Assembly (NCBI GenBank): GCA_963924565.1
Contig: OZ004610.1
Location: 7,254,001-7,318,000, forward strand
Direction: 5' to 3'
DNA length: 64,000 nucleotides
Origin: Ascidiella aspersa
Lineage: Eukaryota
Shown: positions 44,021 through 55,390 of the stretch, one piece after another
Numbering within the stretch: the first letter of the stretch is position 1
Layout: every line of letters begins with the position of its first letter
Made by a program: the position numbers and the translations under genes
Notes under the pieces: model-generated
What the model was told of the DNA's origin: nothing
The model's input: only the letters and a program-made list of their open reading frames with translations
Databases searched by the model: none

Positions 44021-46648
44021 TAGGGTTGGGCATTTGACCGGTCAAATAGGTCAAATACTATACACACTTTCAAAATGCAATTGAAGGTAAAAATCAACCT
44101 TGATTTTTACTTTAAATAAAATATATGAACGTTTTAGCACAATGGTTTTTAAAACTAAAACTTTATTTTTTAAACATTAATAATAATTTTTCCAAATCTA
44201 TGACATCTTGCAAGCAACACTAGATATACCGTAGTAATTTTTACCACTACTTCAACCACTAAGTTAAGCCAACAAGTTTATTAACGAAATTTAACAAGTA
44301 AATGTATCAGTACACAAAACATTTTTACGCCTCATCAGAACTATTGTCACTATCTGAATTTCCGAAGTCATCACCAGTATCTGAATCAGGATCCACTGGA
44401 GACAAAGGATTCGGTTCTTCAAAATTCCTAAGTAGCCTGAGATTGTGGTATACCCTAACCAGTTTGCCAACCGTTGATGTTTTAAGTCTGTTGCGATTTT
44501 TTGTGTGGATATTTCCCCAGACAGACCAGTTGCGTTCAGCACAAGCAGAAGAGCTTGCAAGTGAAAGTAGTATTTCAGCTACTTTACTCAAAATACAAGA
44601 AGGGGCAAGGCCTTTCCACCATGAGCTAGGTTTAAGGCGGTTTGCTTTGACTGACGAAATTGCATTCCACAATATTTTTCTGGCAAATATGCCACTTTTA
44701 GATCTAAAATTTCCAATTTGTGCAATTACTTCATCATTGCATGAGCTTCCTTTAAAATTTGCAATAGAGGTAATCACATCACATGCTTCATCAAACTCTT
44801 CATCTGTAAGCTCCTGGCCTTGAAATCTCGGGTCAAGTAAGTATGCCGCATTGTGTGTCGGCGTCACTACTTGAATTTTACGGAACAAAATTCTTGCCTT
44901 TACATTTTCCTCTTCTAAGCATCTTAATGGGCTGGAATGTACAGTCCCGTCAATGTGTTTTTGGATAGTTGAAAACTCTTGTCTAACATCAGACAATGTA
45001 GTCACATCACTTTCTAGTTTGTAAATAGAATCAGCAATTGGCTTAAGTAAATCTAAAAGTTTTGCATTTTTGGTCCAAAATACATCATTATCTTAAATAT
45101 TATTCCGTATATCTTTGGGACATGCACTTGATACTTCATCTTCTACAATTGCAGATTGCAGGCCCTTTTTACAGGTTTGCAGATTTTGAATGCAGGTTAT
45201 CATAGACGCCCAACGTGTGTTACAAATTCTACTGAGTGTGGAAGAAATTGAGTGCTGCATTAACTGTCGTTTGAAGATTGCTGCTGGAACTTGCTTGTTT
45301 TTGAAAAATCTTACATTTTTATTGACACTTGAAGTATGGGATGACACTGTTGCAAAATTTTCGAGATCTTGTATAAAAAGTTGTAAAGTGTGTGCAGAAC
45401 ATCCATAACATTGGATATGTGGAATCTCTTCCTTGATTATGTGCCAAGCAGCTTTCATGTTCGCAGCATTGTCTGTTACAATAGACATAACCTTTTCAGA
45501 ACCAATCTCATGTATAACATTTTTGAATTGATCTGCAATATATGCTGCTGTATGGCGATGTTCTGTAGTGTTTTGGAAAGAGTAAAAGATAGGGTTAGCT
45601 TGCGAGATGGCAAACTATACACTGGTCTTAGCTTTTCAAAAAACTCCTTTACATATGGATTTTCCACAATGTGAAATGGCATGTTAATAGCATACACTGC
45701 CCTTGCAAATGATTGGTCTAAATGCTGTTTTGATAGTGGTGTCATTCGGTCTACAAATCCTTTAATACTACTTTGATATGAAGCTGCAGATGCAGAAGAC
45801 ACTGACATCTTATCACTTTCTTCTTCTTCAAATAAATTTACACTTATTTCATTGCTGCTAGTACTGGCTATATCTTGTGTATATCTTTTCCTGTTTGAAG
45901 TTGCATAATGGTTTCCTTCACACTAGTTGGACAGGAACTGCATTGTGACAGTAAATGTTTTACCATCCTGTCCACGTGTGTTCCATACTCTTTAGCACAA
46001 AACCTACACTGTGCTTTAACTTTGCTGCCCCTTTTAATTGTGTTGTAAAATTTCCAAATAAAGGTCTTTGGCTTACCCATAACTTTAGCAATGACAAATT
46101 CTGTACAGATAAAAAAACATTAATGCTCAGTATAATAAATAAGTTACAAGCATATTTCCTGTTGAAATTTACTCCTAAGCTACTGACAAAAGATGACTAC
46201 ACTGCAAAGCTGTAAATCAAATCTGAAACTGCAAAACCAAGTAGTCTATTACTTTCCTTCTATTCCTTTTATGACAAACACAATTCACCACCATTGTGAT
46301 GTCACAGCAAAAGAAAGCCAGTGAATTTACACTGTATGGTGCAACTCATACTAGTAAACAGACTGGAAGACTCAAAAATATGAAATGCATTTATTCTACT
46401 CTAAACAAAATAAAATCACTTTCGCTATTACAAACACTTTGTTATTACCACAAAACTTGTGTTTGCATTAGGTAAAATACCATTTTATATTTAAATTCTT
46501 CAAAAAAGTTACACTTGGGATTATTAAAAACTTCACAAAACAACCGCCGATAAAATTTACAACATTTGCTTCCGAAATGAGTATTTGACCGGTTAAATAA
46601 AGTGTGGTCAATTGACCGTATTTGACCAGTCAATGCTTGCCAACCCTA
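44021..46648 (-). mobile_element. hAT DNA transposon (2628 bp) with defective transposase
   Basis: Ends TAGGGTTGGGCA.../...TGCCAACCCTA with subterminal TTTGACC/GGTCAAA repeats. Perfect 8-bp TSD GTAAATAT at 44013-44020 and 46649-46656. Confidence 0.93.
44325..46080 (-). pseudogene. hAT transposase pseudogene (BED zinc finger, DUF659-type core, C-terminal dimerization domain)
   Basis: IWKFY...CRFC...HLLSQC (BED), PFHIVENP, VTDNAANM, CSAHTLQL, TRW, AAYLLDPRF, SSSACAERNWS...RNRL. Lesions: frameshift near 45880, deletion plus frameshift near 45595, in-frame TAA at 45093-45095. Confidence 0.9.
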
Positions 46649-48715
46649 GTAAATATAGGAATTTTCCGTTTGTCTGAAAATTGAATTGTTACGTCATAAC
46701 TACAAATCAAGAGACGACTGCTGCTTTTTAGTGTGGCTGTTTACACTTAACAGTGATGGCATTCAGTCGGTTCGATTTATCTTCGTAAGACGAAGTTCTG
46801 CCGTAGCCTATATATGAAAACAATCCGTTTATTTGCCGAAAATATGACTTTTTGCAATAGAACCGGCTTAATAGTATGACTTTTGTGATAGAACCGGCTG
46901 ACAAAAATCTGAATCACACCACTGGTGACGAGTCTCTAACGCGGATGCTGTACAGACTATATAGCTATGGCATCGCAATTAGTACTCCCCCGCTTTGAAA
47001 AAGTGTATTAGCTTAAGCGTAACAAACGCACCGTGTATGCTATTTTACGGTATTTATGTAAAAAAAAAAACTTCTGAGTCAATGGTCCTCTTAACTTGTA
47101 GGTCTAAAATCACTTATGTAAGTGCAACTTATGCAAATACAAAGCCTATGATATAAATAGACAAATTTGCGAGCCCCTGAGTCTATTGCATCACATCTCG
47201 GTTAAAAAAGTTAATTTAAAAAATTTACGTCTCGCTTGATTTAAAAATTACAAAAATTGGACGGATTAAACTTGATTAACACTTACTTACTAGGATTTCG
47301 AACGAGTATATCACTTTTGACAAACTTAACTTTCATTTTAAATGCAATTTTTTGTATACTATCGACTAAATATGTACAGTAGTTTTCTAATTTTTTAACT
47401 GAGTCACGTCAAAAGGCAATTTTATCTATGCACATTTCGAAAACCGTTCATGCCAACCAAATAAAATCCCCGATAAGCCCCCATAATGATTTGGATTAGA
47501 CCTGTGTTGAAAAACCAGTGACGCGCGGTCCAAATGGGGCCCGCAAAAACTATTTGTCCCGCGGTATAGTCTGTAGTTTGTTGAACATTTAAGTAAAAAT
47601 GTTAATCGCCGATGCAATACTAAAAGCTTTTGCCTTTAGCCACACTAAAACATTCTTGATTGATCATCGCTTACCTCAAAATTTTTATTCGGTACATCGC
47701 TTTAAAATCGCAATTTTGACCTGTTCTACTATTTCTTATAATATTTTAAGGATTTGGTTTCCTTTTTTAGGCGTAATCTGCACTGCCTTGGGTTTCAATG
47801 TAATAACAAACAAACACTTGTCGAATGCTCTTTGGGTGGCAAGTATTTAATAGACGTAGTTAAATCTGAATGGAAACGCAAGCCATTCAAAGCCTTTCAT
47901 TTTAAAATCTTGTTTGTTGCTTCACGTGCAACTAAACTGCTTACGTTTGTAGCATAGTTATCAGTGTTCTAAACAAGACATTTTAAAAAGACTTTAGTCC
48001 AAGAAGAGTCATTCTTAACAAGTCCAAGTCAAGGTTACATAGTTAGTTAGTTTAAAGATTATCATTAGTATCAAAATCCATTCTCAAATACTTAGGTCAA
48101 GTCAACCTATTTTACCCAATATATTAGAATCAAATAGGCTACTTAAGTCACAACAATATAGGCTATTTGGCCAGTGGTCACCTACAGATAGTTAACCTAA
48201 ATGAGAAATAAAAACTTCAAAAAAGGTCAGAATTGGCTCGTCGGTATAAAAGGTTACACACCCCGACTCGGCGTTCTATTTAATGAAAACAAATTGACTT
48301 GAATTTGCAAAGTATCTAGATTGGCAACAGGGCCATTCAAACACAGCTTGTTAACCACGGTCATAAGAAATAACAAAACAAAAAAAAATTTACGCCGTGA
48401 AAAATCGCGTTAAGTAAATTCACGTGAAAGTTTATATGTGTTAAGCTTTATTTTTTTAATTAAATTTCTCAAAGTTCATTTTCTTGCACTCATGCCCACC
48501 ATACAAAAGGATGCATGTGTATAACTTAGACAAGCCTGGCGACATTTTAATGAACATTTGAAAACATCAATATGTTTTTTTAACATATAGCAGTTTCCAT
48601 TTGAAACCGATGTGTACCACAGATGGGTATGTCCGATACTAAATCGTTTTTCTAAATATAGTACTGGATATTTTGCACAAAAGGTATCGGGATTGTTAGC
48701 AGATGACGTTATAGT

Positions 48716-50532
48716 TAGGGTGCCATACGTTCCGGTTTAGACGGGACAGTCCCGGTTTTAAGGCCTTGTCCCGGTGTCCCGGCCGGTTAATCAATTTGTC
48801 CCGGATTTTTCAATTTGAGATTTACCAAAAAAAATTTAAAAATGTAAAAATTCTTGAGTTAGCCATTTAGCAATTCTTTCTCAAAACTATAAAAGTAATA
48901 CTTTTTACTTTTTCGTTTTGGTTGGTAAGGCTGTAAGCAAATTTTTTTAACATAAATTAATTATTTTTCCAGCGGGTGAGGTTGCTGGGGCTAGGCACTT
49001 TTTTGTGTGTGGTGAGTTAAAAAATTCAAAAAATGAATATTAGGCCTATCTGGCGGGTGCTGGGAGATAACTTTTTAAAGAAGGTAAGCGAGCGCCGTCG
49101 CAAACCGGTCACCGTTAAGCAATTTTTATTTTCAAGGATTGTATTCACGTATGACGCAGTTTGGTGCTGGTATTATTGCTTGCATATTATACGCAAGTCT
49201 AAACAATTGCTGTTACAACTTAAAGTTTAACGTTTGTTAGTTATTCTAGATCGATAAATGTCGCAGGTTTTCAGCATTACAAATCAAATTGAAGTCATAA
49301 CACACTGATTGCTTTAATAGAAAAAAGTTTTAATGTTTCCAACTTAAGACTTATATGTTTGAAAACTTCGTGATGTCTGTTACCGCGCAAAATTTAGGTA
49401 GAGTTCGTAAAATTTCGCATTTAAGGCGGCGGTTTTAATACTAACCAATTGTCAGTTTTAATTGAGATTTTACTTACGTTGTAGGTACGCAGTATGGTAC
49501 CAGGATTACGTATTTGCTGAATATCACGCCATGCGAACAATGGCTGCTATACAACAAGGTTTTAGGTTAGTGAGTGGTTCCCTAGCGATATATGTCACTG
49601 GTTTTCGTTACGTAAAAGATGTTTGACGTTCTTAGCCGTTGGGTATTTACTCGTTTCGTTTCAATGCAAATAAGCACACATTATCAATGCAAATAAGCAC
49701 ACATTATTTACAATTTTGTTTCAACAAAATGTAAAATTTTAGTTTGCGAAGACAAACAATTATATGTTTCACAGTCACGCAGATAAATGCGATAATTTAT
49801 TAACACGCCATCCGATTAAATGCTGCTTTCACACAGGCTAAAGACTCTAACTCCATTTGTGGGGAATCATTTAGTTAACCCATTTCAGTCACAATAAGCA
49901 AAAAAACAGTCAAGGGACGACCAACATATATGCTGTATATAACAATTAACGATTGTAGAAATTAAACTGTTTTATTTAGAAAAAATTAAAATGCTTACGA
50001 CGTTACGCACTATTTAGCACTCAAGCCAAGATATTACGCTATCCGTAACATTACTTAATAACATGGTAAATTACCTTTTTAAATCATAGGCAAAAACACG
50101 CGGCTCAAGCAAATGACGTACAACATAATATGTAATAGTTCTAAGAGGCCAGCTTGATGGAATCCTACATTTTGTTTAACTTATGCTTGAGAATGATTTG
50201 GTCCAGGAATACGAATTTGTCAATGTACACAGCGCCTTTTTCAACATACGACCTAATATTGTTGCTGCTGCACGAGGGGCGCATCCTACTTTACTTATAC
50301 AAAGTATTTACCCGACTCATTTTATTCACAATACAGAACATTACTTTCGGTTACAATTTAAATTACTTAGACAAACCACCATTAAAAATAGGGCCCTGAC
50401 AAAATATAAAACGACCGCAACCCCGTAAAGTTAATTACCTGCATTAAATCTTTTGTATTAGGTCTACATTAAGTTTATTTGCAGTTTTCAATATGCGTCC
50501 CGGATTTACGTTTCTAAAAAATGGCAAGCCTA
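48716..50532. mobile_element. Non-autonomous hAT element, 1817 bp
   Basis: Ends TAGGGTGCCAT.../...ATGGCAAGCCTA, subterminal GTCCCGG repeats at both ends, perfect TSD GTTATAGT (48708-48715, 50533-50540). No intact ORF. Internal 23-bp tandem duplication at 49661-49706. Confidence 0.88.
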
Positions 50533-50841
50533 GTTATAGTGCTTCAACTCAAAAAAATTGTTGCTGTAAATTTAAACATTTTCACGCATCGTATATTACT
50601 TTGTGTCAGTTACAAGGATTGCGGTTTATAGCTCTTATACCAGCAGGCGGGGTCAGATCCAGGATTTTTGTTTGGGAGGGGCCATGGAAATTTTTAGGGA
50701 AGACGTCACAAACTTACGTCATAAAATTTATTCCTAAAATATCCCTGTTGTGCTCTAGCACACCAGTGCGTAAATAGGCAGCTGGGAACCAGTGAACGTT
50801 TGAAATTTTTTTAGTTTAAAGGAATACGCGACGCTTTAGTC

Positions 50842-51226
50842 CAGGGTTTCCCAAACTGTGGTCCGCGACGACTGCACAGGTAGTCCGTGAGGATATGACA
50901 ATAAATTAAAAAGTCACACGTATACGTTGTACAGTACGTACCCTTTCAAACATATTTGCCGCAGTTATTTACAACTTAATGATTACGAAAGCTTTTGCTA
51001 TCCAGTATCGTGAATATTCTTGTTGCGCGAAGATTAGTGAGTAAAAAGTTTGTTGTGAGGCAGAGATGAGAAACGAAGTGAAGTTAAAGGATAATTTAAT
51101 TGTGTAATTATACTGCCATTGAATGAGTCGTTAAGTACAGTAACTTAACTTTAATTTTGTTGCGGTCCGCGAAAAAACAGATTTACAAATAGGGGTCCGT
51201 TCTCCCAAAAAGTTTGGTAACCCTTG
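50842..51226. mobile_element. hAT-type MITE (CAGGGTTTCCCAAACT / GGTCCGC family)
   Basis: TIR CAGGGTTTCCCAAACT / AGTTTGGTAACCCTTG; flanks CTTTAGTC/CCTTAGGC (6/8). Confidence 0.75.
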
Positions 51227-51276
51227 CCTTAGGCTAGTGTTGTTAAACTTTTATGGTTGGCGGTTTATAGGACTCT

Positions 51277-51885
51277 TTAAGAATCAGACCAGTTGTTCCA
51301 TTTTACGGCTTTCGCTGCCTGCGACTTGAGCCGAAGTCGCCCGCTATTGCTGCCGCACAAGTACAATCCACTCTGAACATGAACAATGTTATAGCTCTCG
51401 GTCGGACGCGAGAAAATAAGGTGGAAAACAAAGTCGTCGGGACGCTTTTCGTCGTAGGCGCTCAGCTCCAAAGATGGCCTTGCTGGTCTCTGGGTGCGCG
51501 CGCGGATGAAGTGTCCTCCGTTCCTCTCCTGGACAAATCCCCGCGTTGATCCTCTCTCCTCCGGGTGAAAGTTCCACTTCTTGGGAACAGCGTTTGCCAG
51601 GTAGAGCATGTTGCAGTTGCCACGAACGCAGCTCTTTCCAGTCTCTTTTTCGACCATCGTGATCTCTTCACTCCAGGAGGACATCAGTGAGGAGGGAGTC
51701 GGTAGATTGCTGCTCGCGAAGTTAACGCAGCATCCCATGAGCCGCTGTAGGGTTCTTGCCGACGACACAAGCCTGGATCCAATCCCAGAATTAGTAGATA
51801 CTGCTAACCGCGATTTGTCTACAACCAAGCCGTCTTCTTGTTCAGAACCTTGGCTTGTTTTAGGAGTCTGGTCGGCATCGCCCAT
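51277..51885 (-). CDS. Uncharacterised 202-aa protein: Ser-rich N-terminal ~70 aa plus a putative beta-trefoil domain (IL-1/FGF/fascin-like fold)
   Basis: A 609-nt GC-elevated ORF in AT-rich flanks, preceded by a polypyrimidine-AG acceptor at 51930-51931. The C-terminal ~130 aa has three similar units (ITMVEKETGKSC..LYL..W; FVQERNGGHFI..LEL..FVF; IVHVQSGLYLC..LRL..W). No signal peptide. The fold assignment is by eye. Confidence 0.7.
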   Translation of the reverse strand: MGDADQTPKTSQGSEQEDGLVVDKSRLAVSTNSGIGSRLVSSARTLQRLMGCCVNFASSNLPTPSSLMSSWSEEITMVEKETGKSCVRGNCNMLYLANAVPKKWNFHPEERGSTRGFVQERNGGHFIRARTQRPARPSLELSAYDEKRPDDFVFHLIFSRPTESYNIVHVQSGLYLCGSNSGRLRLKSQAAKAVKWNNWSDS

Positions 51886-52683
51886 CTTACAGCAAGAGGC
51901 TAAATGTTTCGGCCAACCTTGTTTAGTTGCTAGATGATAAAAACAAAATCTATTAGCACTAATGTTTTACAAACAAACCCATAAAGTTTGTAACTCCGGA
52001 TAATGACTTTTGAGATACATTTCATGGCTTTCAACAATTAAAACAATTAATTACCATTTTTTTACTTGGTCTACACTATCCGAAACCGCTTGACAAAAAA
52101 AATTTGTATGTCAATATTTATCTTATCCCCAAGCACTCAATAAGTTTTGTCTGATGATTGGACGCTCAGAAGCTTAAATGCCTTCGGTTGCTTAATTACT
52201 TTTTTCTACAAAAAAAAAAACTTTTTAAGGTCGAAGTGTGTAGCGGTTGGCGCTCCATCTTGTTACCGGGTTGAAACTCCGGTCATTCAATTAAACAGTC
52301 TGTTGGATTGTGACCTGATGTGTGAATTCATCAAACTGTCAACATATTGCTGTACTCGTGTTTCGTAAATTGCTTAGAATTTCCTGTTTTTTCTTTGCGT
52401 GTCAGAACCACATTGTTATGAAATTTAATTAACGCCATCTGGTATAAAGTATATAAGGGATTTCATTTTATACCAAAAACGAGCAGTCTTACTATTTAAT
52501 TGAGGAGTCCAGATCGCGTACGTACTGAGGTAAATTGATGTATCGTAAGTTACCTGTAAGAACTGTTTAACCGTTGTCGCAATAAAGATTCTTTTATTGT
52601 GGTCAAACCCACAAGTGCAAACCTTGAAAAAAAATGTCTTTAATAATTTGGCATCGGAGCCCAACCGATAGCACCTTACATAG

Positions 52684-52973
52684 CAGATCTGGGCAAACTA
52701 CGGCCCGCGCGCCGAATCCGGCTGCAAAGCAATTTTATCCGGCACGCGGCTTACTTTCTATTTAACTTTGTCAATAAAAATAACTTTTTTTTAATAATTC
52801 TCCAATATTTTTTGTTGAATAAATTACACTTGCAAGGCATCCACTTATTACTACGAGCTTGCCAAAACGAGAATATTTTGCAGCTTTCTTTACAAACAAT
52901 ATACACTTTGTATTAATTATATGTATTACATATCACCGTTTAGATTCCTGTCAAAAACAATTGCCCACCCTTG
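52684..52973. mobile_element. hAT-type MITE (GGGCAAACTACGGCCCGC family)
   Basis: CAGATCTGGGCAAACTACGGCCCGC ... TTGCCCACCCTTG; flanks TTACATAG/CTATATAG. A related end lies at 24800-24862. Confidence 0.65.
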
Positions 52974-55376
52974 CTATATAGAATAGGACGACTAATGATA
53001 CTATATCACTTGATATGGGGAATTGCCTCTGATTTGATACTACTAAACATTCCTAATTGTCAATATAATATTACTCTATATGTTTATTTTCTCAATTATA
53101 AAACTTATTATAAGAGTTTTCATTATAATACTCCACAAAATCACATAGTTTAAACTGAGCTTTCAAGTAGACACACTATTCAATAAATTTCATGTAATTT
53201 CCAGCTATATTATGTACGGTAGAAAAAATGCCCATGATAGGAAATCTTTTCTATATAAGGATATTTTTTAAATATTTTAAAAAATTTTATAAAAATATAT
53301 ACAAATAAATAAGGTATTGTAAACTTAACCTCGCTTTCAATACATGAACGTGTCACATAGATCAAAGAATGTTTGGAACAATTAGATTGCAGCTGCCTTT
53401 TAAGAAACGTGCGATGCCCTTTTTCTTATTTGGTGCAACTCTTATCACTTTCACCTCACAATGTTTGTCTAAGTCGCTAAGATAGGAACGTAGGTTGGTT
53501 TTATGCATGATAGTTTTGTTGATTGAAACAACGCTTTGTTTTGCACAGTATCGCATAATGTCATGGTGTCCCCAGTCCTTTTTTAACGTTTTAAAGACAA
53601 CAGGTTGAACAAATAAAAATAATTTTTCGGGTTTATGCCAATCTTTTGAAAATGCTTAGTTTATAATTTTAGCAAATCAAAACAACAAATAAAAAAGTTA
53701 GCTCCACCAGGCAACATATTAATAGATAGAAATCGCTGTGTGGTTACTTCTGCCGGTTAAGTATACAATATATTGCTCTAATGAATATGTAATAGAGTTA
53801 AAATGTTTTCATCTGTAATTTAAAACAAAATTTTGAATTTTAAACAGAACGACCAATTCTAAAAGCTCATTACAGATTTGTTCATTTTCTGAACCATTTT
53901 GACTTGAAATAATTTTGACAAAATTCTGACCCAACGAATCAATTTTGATAGGTCATAAAATATTCGCCCTAGTGATCAGGAATCTTCTTTTCGTTGCAGT
54001 AACGTAAAATAAAATAATTGCATTTTCGATATCCTTTCTGGCTATATACGCTAACTAATCGACCTTAATTTAAATAAACAAAGGCTGTGAAAATCAAGCG
54101 CATTTTATACGTGAGCGTATTAGGCTCGTTTTTATTGGTAATTCACTCCTGGTCGACAGATCGCGATTCAACAACGCGGCGAAAACAAAAAAAAACCGCA
54201 AGAGATAAATAAGAATGGCGCAACAGCGATAGAGAGAAAAAAGGGTGGGAAAAACGCAACGCAGTGAGGGCGCTAAGACAAGAAAGGGGCGCGACAGCTG
54301 AATTCGAATCCTGAATTTTTTAAAGTAAATCCGCGTCGTTTTGATACGAGCAAAACGAAAATTGGCTCAGCGATGATTTAAGGTCTGACTTTTAACTGCG
54401 CGAAGATCGGGGGTTGGGGAACATTTTTCTTGCCATATTTGTGGTATTTTTAGGGAGTTTGCCCCAGTTCGAGTATTTCTTACCGCTTAGGACAAAGATT
54501 CTTCTGGAAATTGCGCGGGGATTTTCGCGTTTTCCGCGTTTCAAAAAATTCTTTCGATTTGGCGTCGCGTTTTAGTTCCGCAGCGGATTTTCGTAATGAA
54601 CGGACAAGGTGGAGAAAAATCATATATATATACGGCAAAATCGAAAGGTGGAAAGACCATTGAACACGCGTTAGCGAAACCAACAAAAAAACGGCAAACA
54701 GTACACAAGACTCTCAGCAGTGGTGATAATTTCGTAGCAAACTATATAGTAGTGGTGTTACGTCGGCGAAAAAACACAGACAAGTAAAGGGCGGTGCGCG
54801 GTCGTGTGCAAAAGACAGTGCTCACTATACTTCAAGCACGGCAACGTTTACACAAAAGCTCGTAACGTTTTTGCCACTTCGAACGTCGCACAGTCGATCG
54901 GTACACGCTGTAATGTAATGACAAGTGGGAAAAACGTGATTAGGTCAGAAAAAGTTTCAAGGCTTGACTTTTTTTGGAGTAATTTCGCGCGGTACGCGTT
55001 AAAGCTTTTCGCAATTAAACAATGTGCGCAATTCGAAACAGGGTTTAAAACAGCCGATAAAAAAATGCTGCAAGACATTTCAACTCAATGAAACTGGAAT
55101 TAGTATGCGGGTTATAATTTTGTTTTAGCGCCACGAATAGCTTACCTCGTTCGTGCATAGAAGAACCGAAGCCGCTTAGCGGGGCGTATGTAAATCTTTA
55201 TATTTAAATTAATAAAAACAGGTAATTTTTTGACAGCGCCAGATAACGAAAAGGCGATAAAACGGCTTTGAAGGAAACGATGAATTCTTGAAATAAACGA
55301 TTCGTCCGCCAGCTCAGCACCGAAGCGATATTTCTTTACCGCAAGAGGGCTCAAGAGAGCAACACAGTGATGCGCG

Positions 55377-55390
55377 GCGCCACCTGGCGA
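55377..55390 (-). promoter_or_regulatory. Candidate CTCF-binding motif
   Basis: Minus strand TCGCCAGGTGGCGC closely matches the CTCF core CC(A/G)CCAG(A/G)(G/T)GGCGC. Motif only, no binding data. Confidence 0.35.

Larger units (their letters stand above)
43788..46924. mobile_element. hAT-type MITE (CAGTGGTGGGATTCA family) split by the 44021-46648 transposon
   Basis: 43788-44020 and 46649-46924 align with the intact copy at 21853-22314. TSD GTGACCAG/GTGACGAG (7/8). Confidence 0.88.

Noticed and set aside
44302-44823. 173-aa plus-strand ORF
   Set aside because: Antisense shadow of the hAT transposase C-terminus.
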